64,000 nucleotides of DNA, from positions 5,151,925-5,215,924 of the forward strand of contig OZ316896.1 of the NCBI GenBank assembly GCA_973895155.1. The letters run 5' to 3'. The stretch is from Marsupella aquatica. Taxonomy: Eukaryota; Plantae; Marchantiophyta. Within the stretch, counting starts at the first letter, position 1. Each line of letters starts with the position of its first letter. Under the pieces are notes generated by a model. It saw nothing but the letters and a program-made list of their open reading frames with translations, did not search any database and was not told where the DNA came from. Made by a program: the position numbers and the translations under genes. Below, piece by piece: positions 39,861 to 52,022 of this stretch.

Positions 39861-42737
39861 GATGTCCGGATTCCGTCTCTGCTTTAGATGCGTGGGTGCG
39901 ATCTCATTCTCAGATCCAAAATTCACAATATGTAGATTTCCGAGGACACCAAGAAGTAGAAGTTTGGATCGATCAATCCGACAAGATGTCCGACCACTTT
40001 AACGTGTGAAACTTAAACTCTGCCGCTACCTAATGAGTCGCAAAAAGAAATGTCCATCCCGGATCAGGCTCGCTCCTGGATTCAAGGTCTTTAACAACTT
40101 CGACGCTCAATTCCAACCCGAAAGCTGAGCGGCCAAAGTATCCTACCGTTTCCTTGTTCAAGCTTACAAGCTACCTTGACCTGAGCCAGACAGAAAAGGC
40201 TGTCTGTCTGCCTAGCTTATTACCCTCCAACCACTAAAGCAATCCAAGAATCTATATATCTTCCAAGCTTGACGATGCCTGCACTCTTATCTCATCGACT
40301 TTTGACACGAGGAATTATTTTCCGGACCGTTCTATCAAGGTGTAGACTGAGGAGAACTAAGAGCGAGCGTTCGAGGGTTTCAAGGAAGGTGTACTTTGCA
40401 TGACCAGTAGAAATCCCGCATTTTAACACTTTCCCCTTGAACAGACCAAGAGCGAAATAAAACTGGCCGTCTCTGCGGCCAGACCATGAACATTTTCGGA
40501 ATGATGCGTCCGGATCATTCTCAGTATACGTCTCTGCAGGCTAGTTCGACACTGCAGCTTCATGTGTAGCGTACCGAAGTATGGAAAAAATTGGCTGGCC
40601 TCGATCCTCGACCAGAAAATCAATTCGCTCGACACGAATGTCCCTCCCGAATCTCGACGTGGGAATCCATAAATAATCTTTTCGAGTCGACACAATGCCC
40701 AATCGTGCACGTCCATTGCATGGTACTAACCCAGTTCTTCCGGCTCATGCCTCATGATCGAGTTGGTGTTTGCACATCTCATCTGGAGTTACTGTAGGTA
40801 GCAGCTGGCTAGTATTTTGCTAGAGGATATGCTTTTGTTTTCAGTTCGTCAGCGCTTCTCCTGTAGCAGATAAATTGTGTGCATCTTCTTACTCACATTA
40901 GCAGTTCCCCTCAGAGTCAGAGCTGTTGAAAATCGAGTCGATCTGGATAGGAACCGCAGATTGCTACTGTTTGGTATGTACATTGTGTGACGCCAAGCGA
41001 GCACATGACCTGTACACTGACACCAAGATGGGCCAAATCCAGTGCGCAAACCGCTTTGCAACCCATCAATCATGATTATTTCCTGTAACGTGCGTGTCGA
41101 TCAAGATGTTCCAGGCGATTTGTTGGCGTCAAGGTAGCCGCCCAGGAAACTTTAGAAACTTTCACACGATAGTAGTGCTCTTTGGAGTAGTACTGTATGA
41201 AGAGACAAAACAGTGCCAATGGCGCTCTGACTATATATCAGGCAACAAACACAGAACTACGTCCGGGTTAGCGCTCTCCATCTACACCTGCAGGTTTACT
41301 GCTGCTGGTGGCGACACATTAGCCTGGTCGTCCGGAGATGTTCGCATTGGACTGGAAGTTCTCTTTGAAATTTTAAAAGAACAATATAATATGTATCCAG
41401 CAGCATAGTAAACTATGGCCAATTTCCCAAGGGCAAATTCTGCCCCTCAACACGATTTAACCATTTGAACTGGCTTTGATAGTTTGGTTGTCTAAATGCA
41501 TTGGATCATTCATTGCTGTTTCTCTTCTTGGCATCTACTTGCTTATTAATGGTAATTTGCAGTAACGAATGATTGACTTTTGCGAACGTATTATTTTTCA
41601 ATTCATTTGTACGTATCGCTTCTCCTTCATGATGCCACACATCGTTTCCCACACTTTCATTCTCGGAAGTAGTTAGTCCAATAATAAGACGTCCTCTGTA
41701 TCAAATCAAAGCAGCGAAATAAATTAAGGAAAATTTACAAACTGGAGTTGCCCCTATTGAAGGTAGTAATAAGGGATAAGATCGCTATTCTTTGAAGGCA
41801 GCAAATCATGTGAAGTAAGGGAACTTTGGAGTCGTTATTGTACCAAGGCCCTGGGTCTCTTAGCACAGAAAGTATGATTTCATCAGCATCATACACTTGC
41901 TTCTCCTTACAACGGGACCTATTATTTGACAAGTCTCTTCTCTTGCAACGGTGCAAATCTGATCATTCGACACGATGTATAATGTTTCCAGAATCGTATC
42001 CATACCTCTTTCCATTCCTTCTCCTTCTTTGCCAAGAAAAGTTTAGATGCAATGCTACGGTAGTATGATTATCACATCCATCCATATCTCATAAAAATGC
42101 CATAATCGTACATACTGGGTCCCCGTGCATACGGCTTGCATCAACATTAGCACAGGGCAATTTTTTCCTAGAAGTTTTTAGATTTGTAGAGCGGGTCACA
42201 TTTGCAACTTCGCTGTATTTCTGTCAAGTTTGAACTATGTGTGATGGCAGATGAATGCAACGCTGAAGCCTACTTTCAAGTTTTACTTTCAACCACAGAA
42301 AGTCAACACAAGCGTAAGTACACTGTGTCGCTTTAGTAAAATGCATGACTCTCTTGAGTTGGTCTTTTGAGCTCTCTTGCATAGGAAATTTATTGATTAA
42401 CAGGCAATTTGTCTTCAGTTGTTGAATAGTCACATCTTCCACCTCTGGGGCAGGGCTGCAAAAAGCATTGATCATGGGAGATTATGTCCACCCAGGGAGT
42501 CAAATCTGTTTCTCTCGCTGTATCTGTGAAAATTGGGGTCAATCATGAGTCTTCAATCACGGACACAGTCGGTCTTCTTCTATTAGATCTCGTACAGGAT
42601 GAAACAAAACCAATAAAAATACACATCAGTTTACAATTCTTGACGGTGATTGATCCTCATGGTGACAGAGTACAAAGCGGTCGACCAATGTTTCTTTCCT
42701 CCAACTGTGTGTGGAGCTCCATGCATCTCTTCGATAG

Positions 42738-43362
42738 AACCACCCCTCGAAACAGGAAAGGCTGAGATTGTTGCGTTTGTTTGAACGTTACATTCTTGAG
42801 AACTGGAAAATGGAAGCTTGAAGTTGATCTCCGGTGAATCGTGAGAAAACCACCCCTCTAAACAGGAAAGGCTGAGATTGTTGCGTTTGTCCGAACTTTA
42901 CATTCTTGAGACCTGGGAAATGGGAGCTCGAAGTTGATCTCCAGTGAATCGTGAGAAAACCACGCCTTTAAACAGGGAAGGCTGAGATTGTTGCGTTGTG
43001 TCTGAACGTTACTTACATTCTTGAGAACTGGGAAATTAATGGGAGCTTGAAGTTGATCTCCAGTGAATCGTGAGAAAACCACCCCTCTAAACAGGAAAGG
43101 CTGAGATTGTTGCGTTTGTCTGAACGTTACTCATATTCTTGAGAACTGGGAAATTAATGGGAGCTTGAAGTTGATCTCCAGTGCATCGTGAGAAAATCAC
43201 CCCTCTAAACAGGAAAGGCTGAGATTGTTGCGTTTGTCTGAACGTTACATTCTTGAGAACTGGGAAATGGGAGCTTGAAGGTGATCTCCAGTGAATAGTG
43301 AGAAAACCAGCCGGAAAGGCTAAGATTGTTGCGTTTGTCTGAACGTTAGTACATTCTTGAGA
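42738..43362. repeat. Tandem repeat, ~110-120-bp unit x ~5.5
   Basis: Unit aaacaggaaaggctgagattgttgcgtttgtctgaacgttacattcttgagaactgggaaatgggagcttgaagttgatctccagtgaatcgtgagaaaaccacccctct starts near 42750, 42860, 42969, 43089, 43207 and partially 43313. Confidence 0.92.
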
Positions 43363-43898
43363 ACAACTTCTTGAGATCAACTTCAAGTGCCCAGCAAGAG
43401 AGGGTACACAACTACTGTAGGCTTCTTAGATTTCTTAGAAGAGGGCCGATTTCTTAGAAGAGGGCCGTTACAGTTGCGGTCCGTCGTGTCGACGAGGTGA
43501 TCGACCATCCCGCAAACTCTGACCAGAGCTTCAGTAAGTTCGATCAGAACGTGATTGTCTAATCTAAATTTGTCATGGCAGAAACTTGGCCTTCAATTCG
43601 AGCTGAGCTGAGCTGAGCTGAACCGTCCTACGATCCGGCACGGCTGCCAAGGCTAGTATCCCGAATCGCATGGCCTCGACGACTCATTACTACCGCTGCT
43701 TTTCACGAGGGCCAAATTGTGCGGCAGCTCTCTTCCCAGCCAAGAAATGGATTGAACGGAGGAGGCACTAGAGCAGCCATGAGTGGCTTTACAAGACGGT
43801 GGCTTTAGAAGACCTGGGGCCGTTTTTTTTTTTATAATTCTTAAACAAGTGCAATCCAGGCATGTGCGCAAAGGCGTCGGTGTAATTGCCCACCAAGA

Positions 43899-44220
43899 CG
43901 TGACAATACATACATATTTAGTGTAGGATCAAATGTGACAATATAGGGTGTGTCATCAAAATATGCCAGCACAGAGTGTAAGTCCAAATGTGACAATATA
44001 GAGTTTGTCATCAAAATATGCGAACACAGAGTGTAAGTCAAAATGTGACAATATAGGGTGTGTCATCAACATATGCCAACACAGAGTATAAGTCCAAATG
44101 TGACAATATAGGGTGTGTCATCAAAATATGCCAACACAGAGTGTCGGTCAAAATGTGACAATATAGGGTGTATGATCAAAATATGCCAACACGGAGTGTA
44201 AGTCAAAATGTGACAATGTG
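43899..44220. repeat. Tandem repeat, 55-bp unit x6
   Basis: aatgtgacaat at 43932, 43987, 44042, 44097, 44152 and 44207 (exact 55-bp spacing); unit continues atagggtgtgtcatcaaaatatgccaacacagagtgtaagtc. Confidence 0.92.
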
Positions 44221-44866
44221 CAATGAATAACACTCAATAGGGTGTCTCAAAACCAACCATGGACCTTGACTCTCTAGTTACGGGGTTACATAGTTACAAG
44301 TTATGGACACACAAAGTTACGGACTACAAAATTCATAATCTATAACTTTTTGCCATAAGTATTGTTCGCATGCCCTTAATGTCAGCCACTGTAGAGGCTA
44401 ATGAAAAAACAAACAAAAATGCAGAACCTTGTGAACAAGTTATGACCATTCCGTTTCGGCCAAATGTAAGCTAGTATCCTTAATTTCAAAGCTTTGATCG
44501 AGACACCCTAATATGACATTATATAGTGTACAATCAAAATGTGACAAATTTACAATGAAATACAATGAATAACTCTGATCTAAATAGAAAAAATAGGTTT
44601 ACCATGGTTTGGAGTGACATAGTACACCATGTATGGTCAAAGTCATATTGTCACATATTGGTGTGCAATTCCCAGGATGGGTTGCAAAGTATATTGTTGA
44701 TAGTAACTGATCTTGAATGGAAATGTTGTCCACCCAGTTAGAAAGTGATCTTGAATGAATGGAAATGTTGTCCACCAGTTAGTAGCTATCTTCAGTGGAA
44801 AAGTTGTCATGCAAAATAAAGTGAAATACACAAACCAATCATGTTGGTACCTAGACTTTTGAATTT

Positions 44867-46995
44867 ATATAGTGAGTTTAGAATATACACATACTTTTTA
44901 CAGAAAAAGGCCAAATAGAGTACAAAAGAATAAACAAGAGAGATCCCAAGTGGACAAAACCAAACGCAAAAGAAGTGAGCCAAAGGAAACCCTAAAAACC
45001 AAGAAAGAGGAACTAAAAGAATTGAGCAAAAGGAAACCCCTAAAAACCAAGAAAGAGGAACTAAAACTACCGCAAATGGACCGAGGTCCTCATCATACCT
45101 AGCAAATGTGGCAACAAGCTAGTGGTCTACATCAAGTGTCGAAACTAGATCGGCAAGTGGGACAGGAATGTCCTCTAGGGGGCTAGCCGTTGTGGAGTCA
45201 CACTAGCACCCACTGTCAGAAATTGACGATAGACGGCCCGAGCTTGAGCACGCTGTAAGGTGACTGAAATGCGTTGGCGAAAGTGCGTGGTCAAAACAGA
45301 TAGCGGGGGCCCGGTGGGACCCATCCGGCTGTGAACATCCCGAGAAACTTGGCGAAGAAGCCCGTCGAACTGATGATGGAGATGCCCAAATATCTCAAGA
45401 GCAAGGGGCAGGAAGCTATCAGATGAAGCTCGTGCAGCATATTTGGCCTCCTTCGTTGTTGCTGCTCGTGATGCTGCTGCCCTTGCCGTTGTTGCCGCTG
45501 TCCCAATGATGTCTTGGCGCAATGGGTTTGCCACCACTACATCTGCCAAAGTACGGTGACCTTCACGGACCATGGTAAGATCCACCCGTAACCGCTGTGA
45601 TGGAGGACCAGGTAACTCGAGCACCACCTCCCGCCGCGCGCAGACCAAAGAGCCAGAGAGAACCTGAGCAGTCGCATTGAAGAAGATGGACACCTGTGGC
45701 ATCACAAGGCTTCCCACAAGTGCAAGTAGGATGTAAACCAACAAGAAGTGGGTGGGGCAAGCCCATACGAATACGAATGGCTATCGCAAACTCCACTGAA
45801 GACATCCGCAGGTGAGGAATGACTGGATTGGCCTGAAGCCAGCCTCCTGCGCCCTTCCCTCCGGAAGAAAGAATCCGAGCTCGGTCCGTGTCAGGTGCCT
45901 CGGTGAGGATGCTGGAGAGGGTGAAAGCGTGCATACGCCTAGCAAGGTCTGCCTAAAGACGGACGGGGTCCAAGGATAAAAACTCCTGGAATGAAGGTAA
46001 CGCAGCTCGAACAGGATCGGGTAATGATGACCGTGTCGTGCACAAATGAACCTGAAATGGGAGGGAACCTTCCTCGACCTCCATGAGAGACGAAAGTAAA
46101 AAAGGTCGATCCTCAGTAAGGAAACGATCTGCCAACAATGAGAAGGCGGCCGCCCACGCGCCCAAGAAGGCCAAAGGTGCAAGGCGCTCAGTGGAAGTAA
46201 ACGCAAAACCACCGTGAGAAATAGGAAAACTGAGCTGTCGATGAAGCCACGGAGATGAGAGCAAAGTACCTGGCCCTAAAAGAGAGGCCAAAGTCTCACG
46301 AATGGAGACATCAAACGCTCGGAGGTGTAGATAAAGATCCTCGGTAGGGGGATGTGTCCGAGCCAAATAGGACGCACGAGGGTGGATGCATCTCAACAAC
46401 AACCCAAATGCTGCCTGAGAGTCTGCTAACTTAGGGAGCATAGGAGTAGGGGCTAAGGCAGCCTGGAGAGCGTCAACAATGAAAGATGAGCAAAAGGAGG
46501 CGGTATCGACTGGGGAGCCAAGGACCCGAAGACCATCGGCTGGACGTAAGAACCCAGGGGGAAGCGCAAGATCAGAGGGTAACCCAGCTGGACTCCATGC
46601 ACGACTCTTCACCTGCTGAACCCGTAATCCGAGGCCAATGGGTGGAAAGGGTGGCGAGGGCAGAAGTAAAAGTAACAGGTGGACCAATGATGTGGGTGTC
46701 ATCTGAAAGGGAGGGGAAGATACACTGGGGGTGGGTCGCGGAAGCTTCCCGTAAAGCAGTAAAATGGGCAATGGCAAAAAGAGGCCCACCCAAAGGGTCA
46801 CCCTGACGTGTACCTTATGCAGAAGAAAGAGTGGTATACACTCCTGTAGAGGTGTGATGACTATAGAAGAGGGGGACCTCGAACCCATAAAAACAACGGA
46901 CAAAGAGGATAAGGGACTGGAGTGGATGATCTGGAGTGGAAATGTTCTCAAGCAAAATAAAGTGAGGTCTACACACAAAGCAATCAAGTTGTCAA
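44867..46995 (-). mobile_element. 5'-truncated, disrupted non-LTR retrotransposon with RT, Cys/His finger and restriction-like endonuclease (CRE-like)
   Basis: Minus-strand pieces: FVRCFYGFEVPLFY...S*GTRQGDPLGGPLFAIAH...SDDTHIIG (RT core); GLRVLGSPV; RQLSFPISHGGF; GAGGWLQANP..HLRMSSVEFAIAIRIRMGLP; CTCGKPCDATGVHLLQC; RLRVDL...LADVVVANP...KEAKY...FLPLALEIFGHLH...RQRISVTLQRAQA (RLE). Contains stops and frameshifts. Flanked by a candidate 16-bp TSD (44851-44866 / 46996-47011). Confidence 0.85.
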
Positions 46996-49269
46996 CTAGA
47001 ATTTTGAATTTTTGTATAAAGGGCACTTTGGGCCATCACCCCCCCCAAACATGACAGATGGCTTTAGCTCAGGTTCAGAGGGCTAACATTGCCCATAATG
47101 TTTTGGTACCAGGAATTTAAGATATTTTAATATTATATTATTAGTAAAAGTAGAGGTGAAGTTTCATAATGTGACAATCCAAATCTTGACTGTACATTCT
47201 TCTCAAGAAGTGCACTGGAAACTACAAAGAAATAATTCACTACGGGCATTGAGTTATCTTAGAAGGGGAATGGCCTTCCACTTCATATTTTATCTAGCAT
47301 TGTGTGAAGAGCTGATGAGTTGCAATCCTCAGTTTGGAAGAGAAGGGAATAACAAAAGGCATCAGGAACAATTCATCACTAGTGGTTTTGTCTCGTCTTT
47401 TTAACATGTGCATCTCATTTTTTTCAACAAGGCCCTTGTGGGCTACTGTGAATTTGTTTTTTATTCAAAGCCTTGTTGTTAGCAGTTGGTCATCTTTGCA
47501 TTCCACTCTCGTCCTACCCACCCCCCAAGACTTCCAATACCAGATCCAGTAATAATAGTGTGGTAATGAAAATGTATTCTTGAGAACAGAAAGGAATAAT
47601 TTATTAACCATTTGATGGTCTATTGCCATTATTTATTTTTATATTTTTTAAAAGTAAGTGTGAAGGTGTGCTGGTTTATTCCAGGAGCTACTGTGTCAAA
47701 GACCAGCCGGGCACCAAGAACAACAAACCCAAGTGGCCAGAGGACGTACACCACAACCAAGCTCCGCAGAAATGAACACCACCCATGGACCCAAGGATCA
47801 CCACAAAAAACCTTAGGCCATGAGTGAATCAGGGTCAGCCACCTAAAAACAACCAAGTCTAGAGTCCAGTAGCCAATATGGTGGATGGGGGGAATGGTCG
47901 CATCTGTCACTGAAAGTGTAGTGTCCCCTGTCAAAGACATAGGACATGCTACATTATTGTATTCTAGTATGTTGCCTGCATTTCTGCATAGCAGCCCATG
48001 GCAATACAGTCCTCCTGACTGTTAAATCACCTCCATATAGTGGAGATAGCATCTAGATCTAAATTACAACCCAATAATGTACTGTTACCATTGTTGAAGC
48101 ACTTTCTTGGTGTAGTTCTTTCAGTCATCTCAGTGATTTCAACATATGTGTGTGTAACTTTTATTGAGAAGGATTTGTTGGTTCTTCTTGTGGCAATTCC
48201 AAACTGGCAGTAAGGGTAGGTTAAAACACTTAAAGGGTAAGTTAAAACCTGAAGGAAAAATCACAAAATGTCAAGGGGGTTTACATTGAAAATCACATGT
48301 ACAAAAATTAAATATTTAAGACATTGAAAATGCCCATTCTGAGCAGGTCATCCCGATGAGCATTTTTCTTCCTTGGCAGTTGTATATACCCTGCCTCACT
48401 CCTATTGGACCAAACTGTTGAGGCTGCGAAACTGGATTTACTAGTGCTGTGGTTGACTTGAGTTAATACAAAACACATGTGGGTTGTTGGATTAGCTGGG
48501 CCCTCTTTTTATTTTTATAATCTGAATAATGCTGGACTAGCCGTCCTCTCTTATTGAGGGTGAGTATCCATTTGAAGTCCCTTTGCAATATTTGTAACAA
48601 CCTGACCGTCCATTTCTCTTTCCAGATAATGGACTTAAAGGGCATTCTAATGATTGGTTGAATAATACACTTATAAGATTTAGAGTAAAGTATTCTTGGT
48701 CGGTTTATGGTTTAGTTTAGTTTAATGTAGAAACAAAAAGTAAATGGATGGAAGATGTGGATGGCAGTATGCCTAACTTGCACCCTCCTTCAAACACAAT
48801 AATAAACAATAACAAAGAAGAATAAAATCAAGGTTTACTTATCAATCATTTCAAGTTCGCTTTTTCCTTTTGCTCCTTTCCATTGATAGGCAGGGTTCAG
48901 AACCGCACCTTTTTGTTTGTGTGGGGACAACCATTAAATATATTGAACTATATTTCCTTGGGTCCATAATCGTCCTGCAAAGAAAACGAGGAAAAGGAAG
49001 ATAATGTGTGGTTTGTCCTTACTTGTTTCATGCTAAAAGTTAGTTATTATAATCAAATAGTGTAATTATGCGCTCAAGCTCAATCTGCTCCAGGCGGCCA
49101 GCCATTGTACTTCCAACACGTAGCAACAGCCGCCAGGGAATGAAGCTAATAAGGGGGTCTGTTGGCGGTCAGGAGAAATGCATTGAGCATAAATGCCATG
49201 AGGTTCTGATTCCATGCAAAGATTGCGTGGGGATGGCTCCTGGGCCCACCACCCAACCCTGTCCCTTCC

Positions 49270-50060
49270 GATTTCTGGAGCGCATCCTGGCCGTAGAAAG
49301 TTCATGAAGGCACCCTCAAAATTGAACTGAAACATGTGGAGTTTTGCATTGTTGAGGGCCCCCAACCTGGTCCTTTCCAGAAGACCTTCTGTTCTAGAGG
49401 TCTCGCATATTTCTGGAGCGCATCTTGGCCATTGAAATTTCATGGAGTAACCCTCAAATTTGACTGTCGGAATTCCCTGGAGTCACCTCCAAAACCAAGC
49501 CAAAACATACCTGAATAGCAAACTTGCATGCCAAGTGCCCATTGTTTTAAGCCCTTAGAGCTAGGTTCCATGGAGCTGGGAGTAAGGAGTACAGATGCTC
49601 TCAGAATTTTTAAGCCAATAAGATTGTAGCTTTTCCAGGGACTGAGAGGTGTACAAATATTATATCAAGGAATATAATTTTCCCTCACACTCCTGTTAAA
49701 CTTAGAGGTACCCCCTGCCCCTGTAGGTACCCCTATATAAAAATAATATAGGACATTCTCATTGGTTCCTAAGTCAAAATTCATACATTTGAAATACTAT
49801 GTACACCTTGGCATATGGTGTATTTGGGCCCCAGGGGATGTCAGAGGGAGTGACCGTACGCCCTACCCCTGGCTCATGGAACCTGCCCCTTAGCACTCAC
49901 AAATTGTTAGGGACAAGTGGATTTCAATTCTTAACGGATTCTGCTATTTTGTTTGTGTGTCTTGCATGTCAAGTGACCTATGTTTTAGAGCACTTAGCAC
50001 TCCCAAATTTGTCAGGGACAAGTGGATTTCAATTCTCAACAGATTCTGTTATTTTGCTAG
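49270..50060. repeat. Local duplicated blocks, probably a non-autonomous transposon remnant
   Basis: tttctggagcgcatc(c/t)tggcc...ttcatg...accctcaaa at ~49272 and ~49410; ttagcactc(a/c)caaatt..agggacaagtggatttcaattct at ~49890 and ~49994. Confidence 0.55.
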
Positions 50061-51226
50061 TGTGGACTTTGTCCGGTGAGAGCTTTCTATTTGTCCTGTT
50101 AAATTTTGAAGGACAGGGACCTCACTGGCCAGACAGTTTTTGGCCCTTTAATAGGTTATCCACCACATATGCCTAATAAGGAGATGGAGGCATAAAAATC
50201 TCACACACATTGAAATGCCACCCCTTCAGTTGAGGGTTGGAAACTCAAAGACCTCACACGGGTCACACATGCAAGACCACCCCTTGATGAGACCTCAAAT
50301 GAAAATTGTTACTTAATAGGTTAATAGGACCCTGAGTGATCCCGACCATTGATTGGCCTTGATAGACTTTGAATCCACGTACCCAAATTCTCAAGGGCCC
50401 TTTTCAAGAGCATTTTTCATTTTGGGTTCCATGAAACAAAACCTCCCCTAACCTGCAGAAAGTGTCCATGGAACCGTGTAGCGGCTGCGGAGGGGGTGGG
50501 ATGGAGGGGTGGGGGACACACGGTACAGTGCATCATTAATTAACCCGACAAGGGGAGATCTGGCCTGCCCGGCGTCCCGGAATGGGATTGCCGCGAATCG
50601 GAATCCGCGTGGGCCGTTGTTCTGTCGCTCTACAGTGAGCGAGTCCGGTCGGCCGAAAAGCAAAGGAGTTCGTGCCGGTAAAGCTGCGTCACGCCTTTTC
50701 TGGCGACCGCAATCCTCCCCTCCGTCCCGTTCCGATCCGATCGCCGCGACGACATAAAGAACAAACCCACGTTCGTTGTTCTTTCGTTCTTTCGTCGACT
50801 CTGTATCATCGTACAGAGTACTCTGTATCCGATTGGATTTTGTACTGCGTTACCGACTCTTGCGGGATCCGTCCCTCCCGCGATTTCCATTCCCTCGAGC
50901 GATCGAGCGATCGAGCGGGAGGAGAACGAGGAACCTGCAATTCATCTGGTGCACAGAGTAATGCGCGCGTGAATTCGAAGATTTGTTGCGGATTCACCGA
51001 TGTTTTTGGATCTGTGACGCTGTTGCTTTTGCGGAAGCTCTGTTCCTGTCGAATCGTAGATCGGTCCGGGATTTCTTTCCGTGCTCTGCGGTTTGGGAAT
51101 GGGGAGTTCTGCAGAGATAAATTGTTGATGTGGTCGGGGATTTCTTCCGCGCTCTGTGTTTTGGGAATTGGGCGTTCTTCACAGTGAATTATTGCTGTGG
51201 TCGGGGAAGGGAGGTGTTTGAATTGA

Positions 51227-51234
51227 TTTCGCGC
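51227..51234 (+). promoter_or_regulatory. E2F consensus site (TTTSSCGS) in the KNL2 upstream/leader region
   Basis: TTTCGCGC is an exact match, and plant KNL2 is a known E2F-regulated cell-cycle gene. A single 8-mer could arise by chance. Confidence 0.35.
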
Positions 51235-51455
51235 CATGTGAGCTTGTTCTGGGATTTGGATGTGCTCTGTGGGCTAGTGTGAGTACCTGTTTCTCTTTAG
51301 GGGTTGGGTTGGTTTGGGCGTCGTTCTATCGCTCGACGTTATTGTGGAATGATGTCGATGCGGGATGAGTACGTTCCCTCGAGAGAATGATGATGCGGAG
51401 TTCCGAGGAGTAATGATGCGCTGTAAGTTTTCTGTGCGTACCTCATTTTCTGCTC

Positions 51456-51461
<6 letters not shown>

Positions 51462-51497
<36 letters not shown>
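51462..51497. repeat. (CT)n microsatellite in the KNL2 5' leader/leader intron
   Basis: About 17 CT units; a probable leader-intron acceptor (ttgtcccgcag) ends at 51787. Confidence 0.9.
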
Positions 51498-51498
<1 letters not shown>

Positions 51499-52022
51499 CT
51501 CTCTGGCTCTGTTTGTGCGTTTCTCCTCCATTTGCGTGCACCATCAGAACGGAGGGAACAATGATCAGGATCCACTGTGGGCTTCCAATTCGTTTCGTTC
51601 CCCCCGTTTTCCGGTAGTGTCCGGTTTCACTTCTGGTGGGGCATTAACTAACTTCGGTTCGTTCAGAAGTGTATTGGACTTGAAGCTACGTTTTTGTTTT
51701 GATGTTAAACGGAATCCTGCGGGATTTGGCGTGAGCTCCTTACAATTTAGGCCGTGCTTATGAGTACTGATTTGTCTTGTCCCGCAGGACTGCTTTCTGT
51801 GCAATGCTATCGCTGCTGCGGATGGCAGTTTCTGAGACTCTTATCAGCATACAGATTGGAGCATGATAAGAGAGCTCCATTGTAGAGTTGAGCTCCGCTT
51901 TGATGAGCCACTCTGTGTCACTCGACGTCCATTGTGAAACATGGAACATGACAAGGCTGGGTTTCACCTTCCATTCGCAATCTGACTCCAGTCCAGTTCG
52001 AAACGAGTAGCGTGAATTCGGC

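Noticed and set aside
42738-44220. Regularly spaced repeats as a possible CRISPR array
   Set aside because: Whole units are repeated with no unique spacers, the context is eukaryotic, and no cas genes are present.
50448-51804. Many overlapping ORFs (up to 171 aa) upstream of KNL2
   Set aside because: GC-rich promoter/5' leader containing a CT microsatellite; no family similarity.
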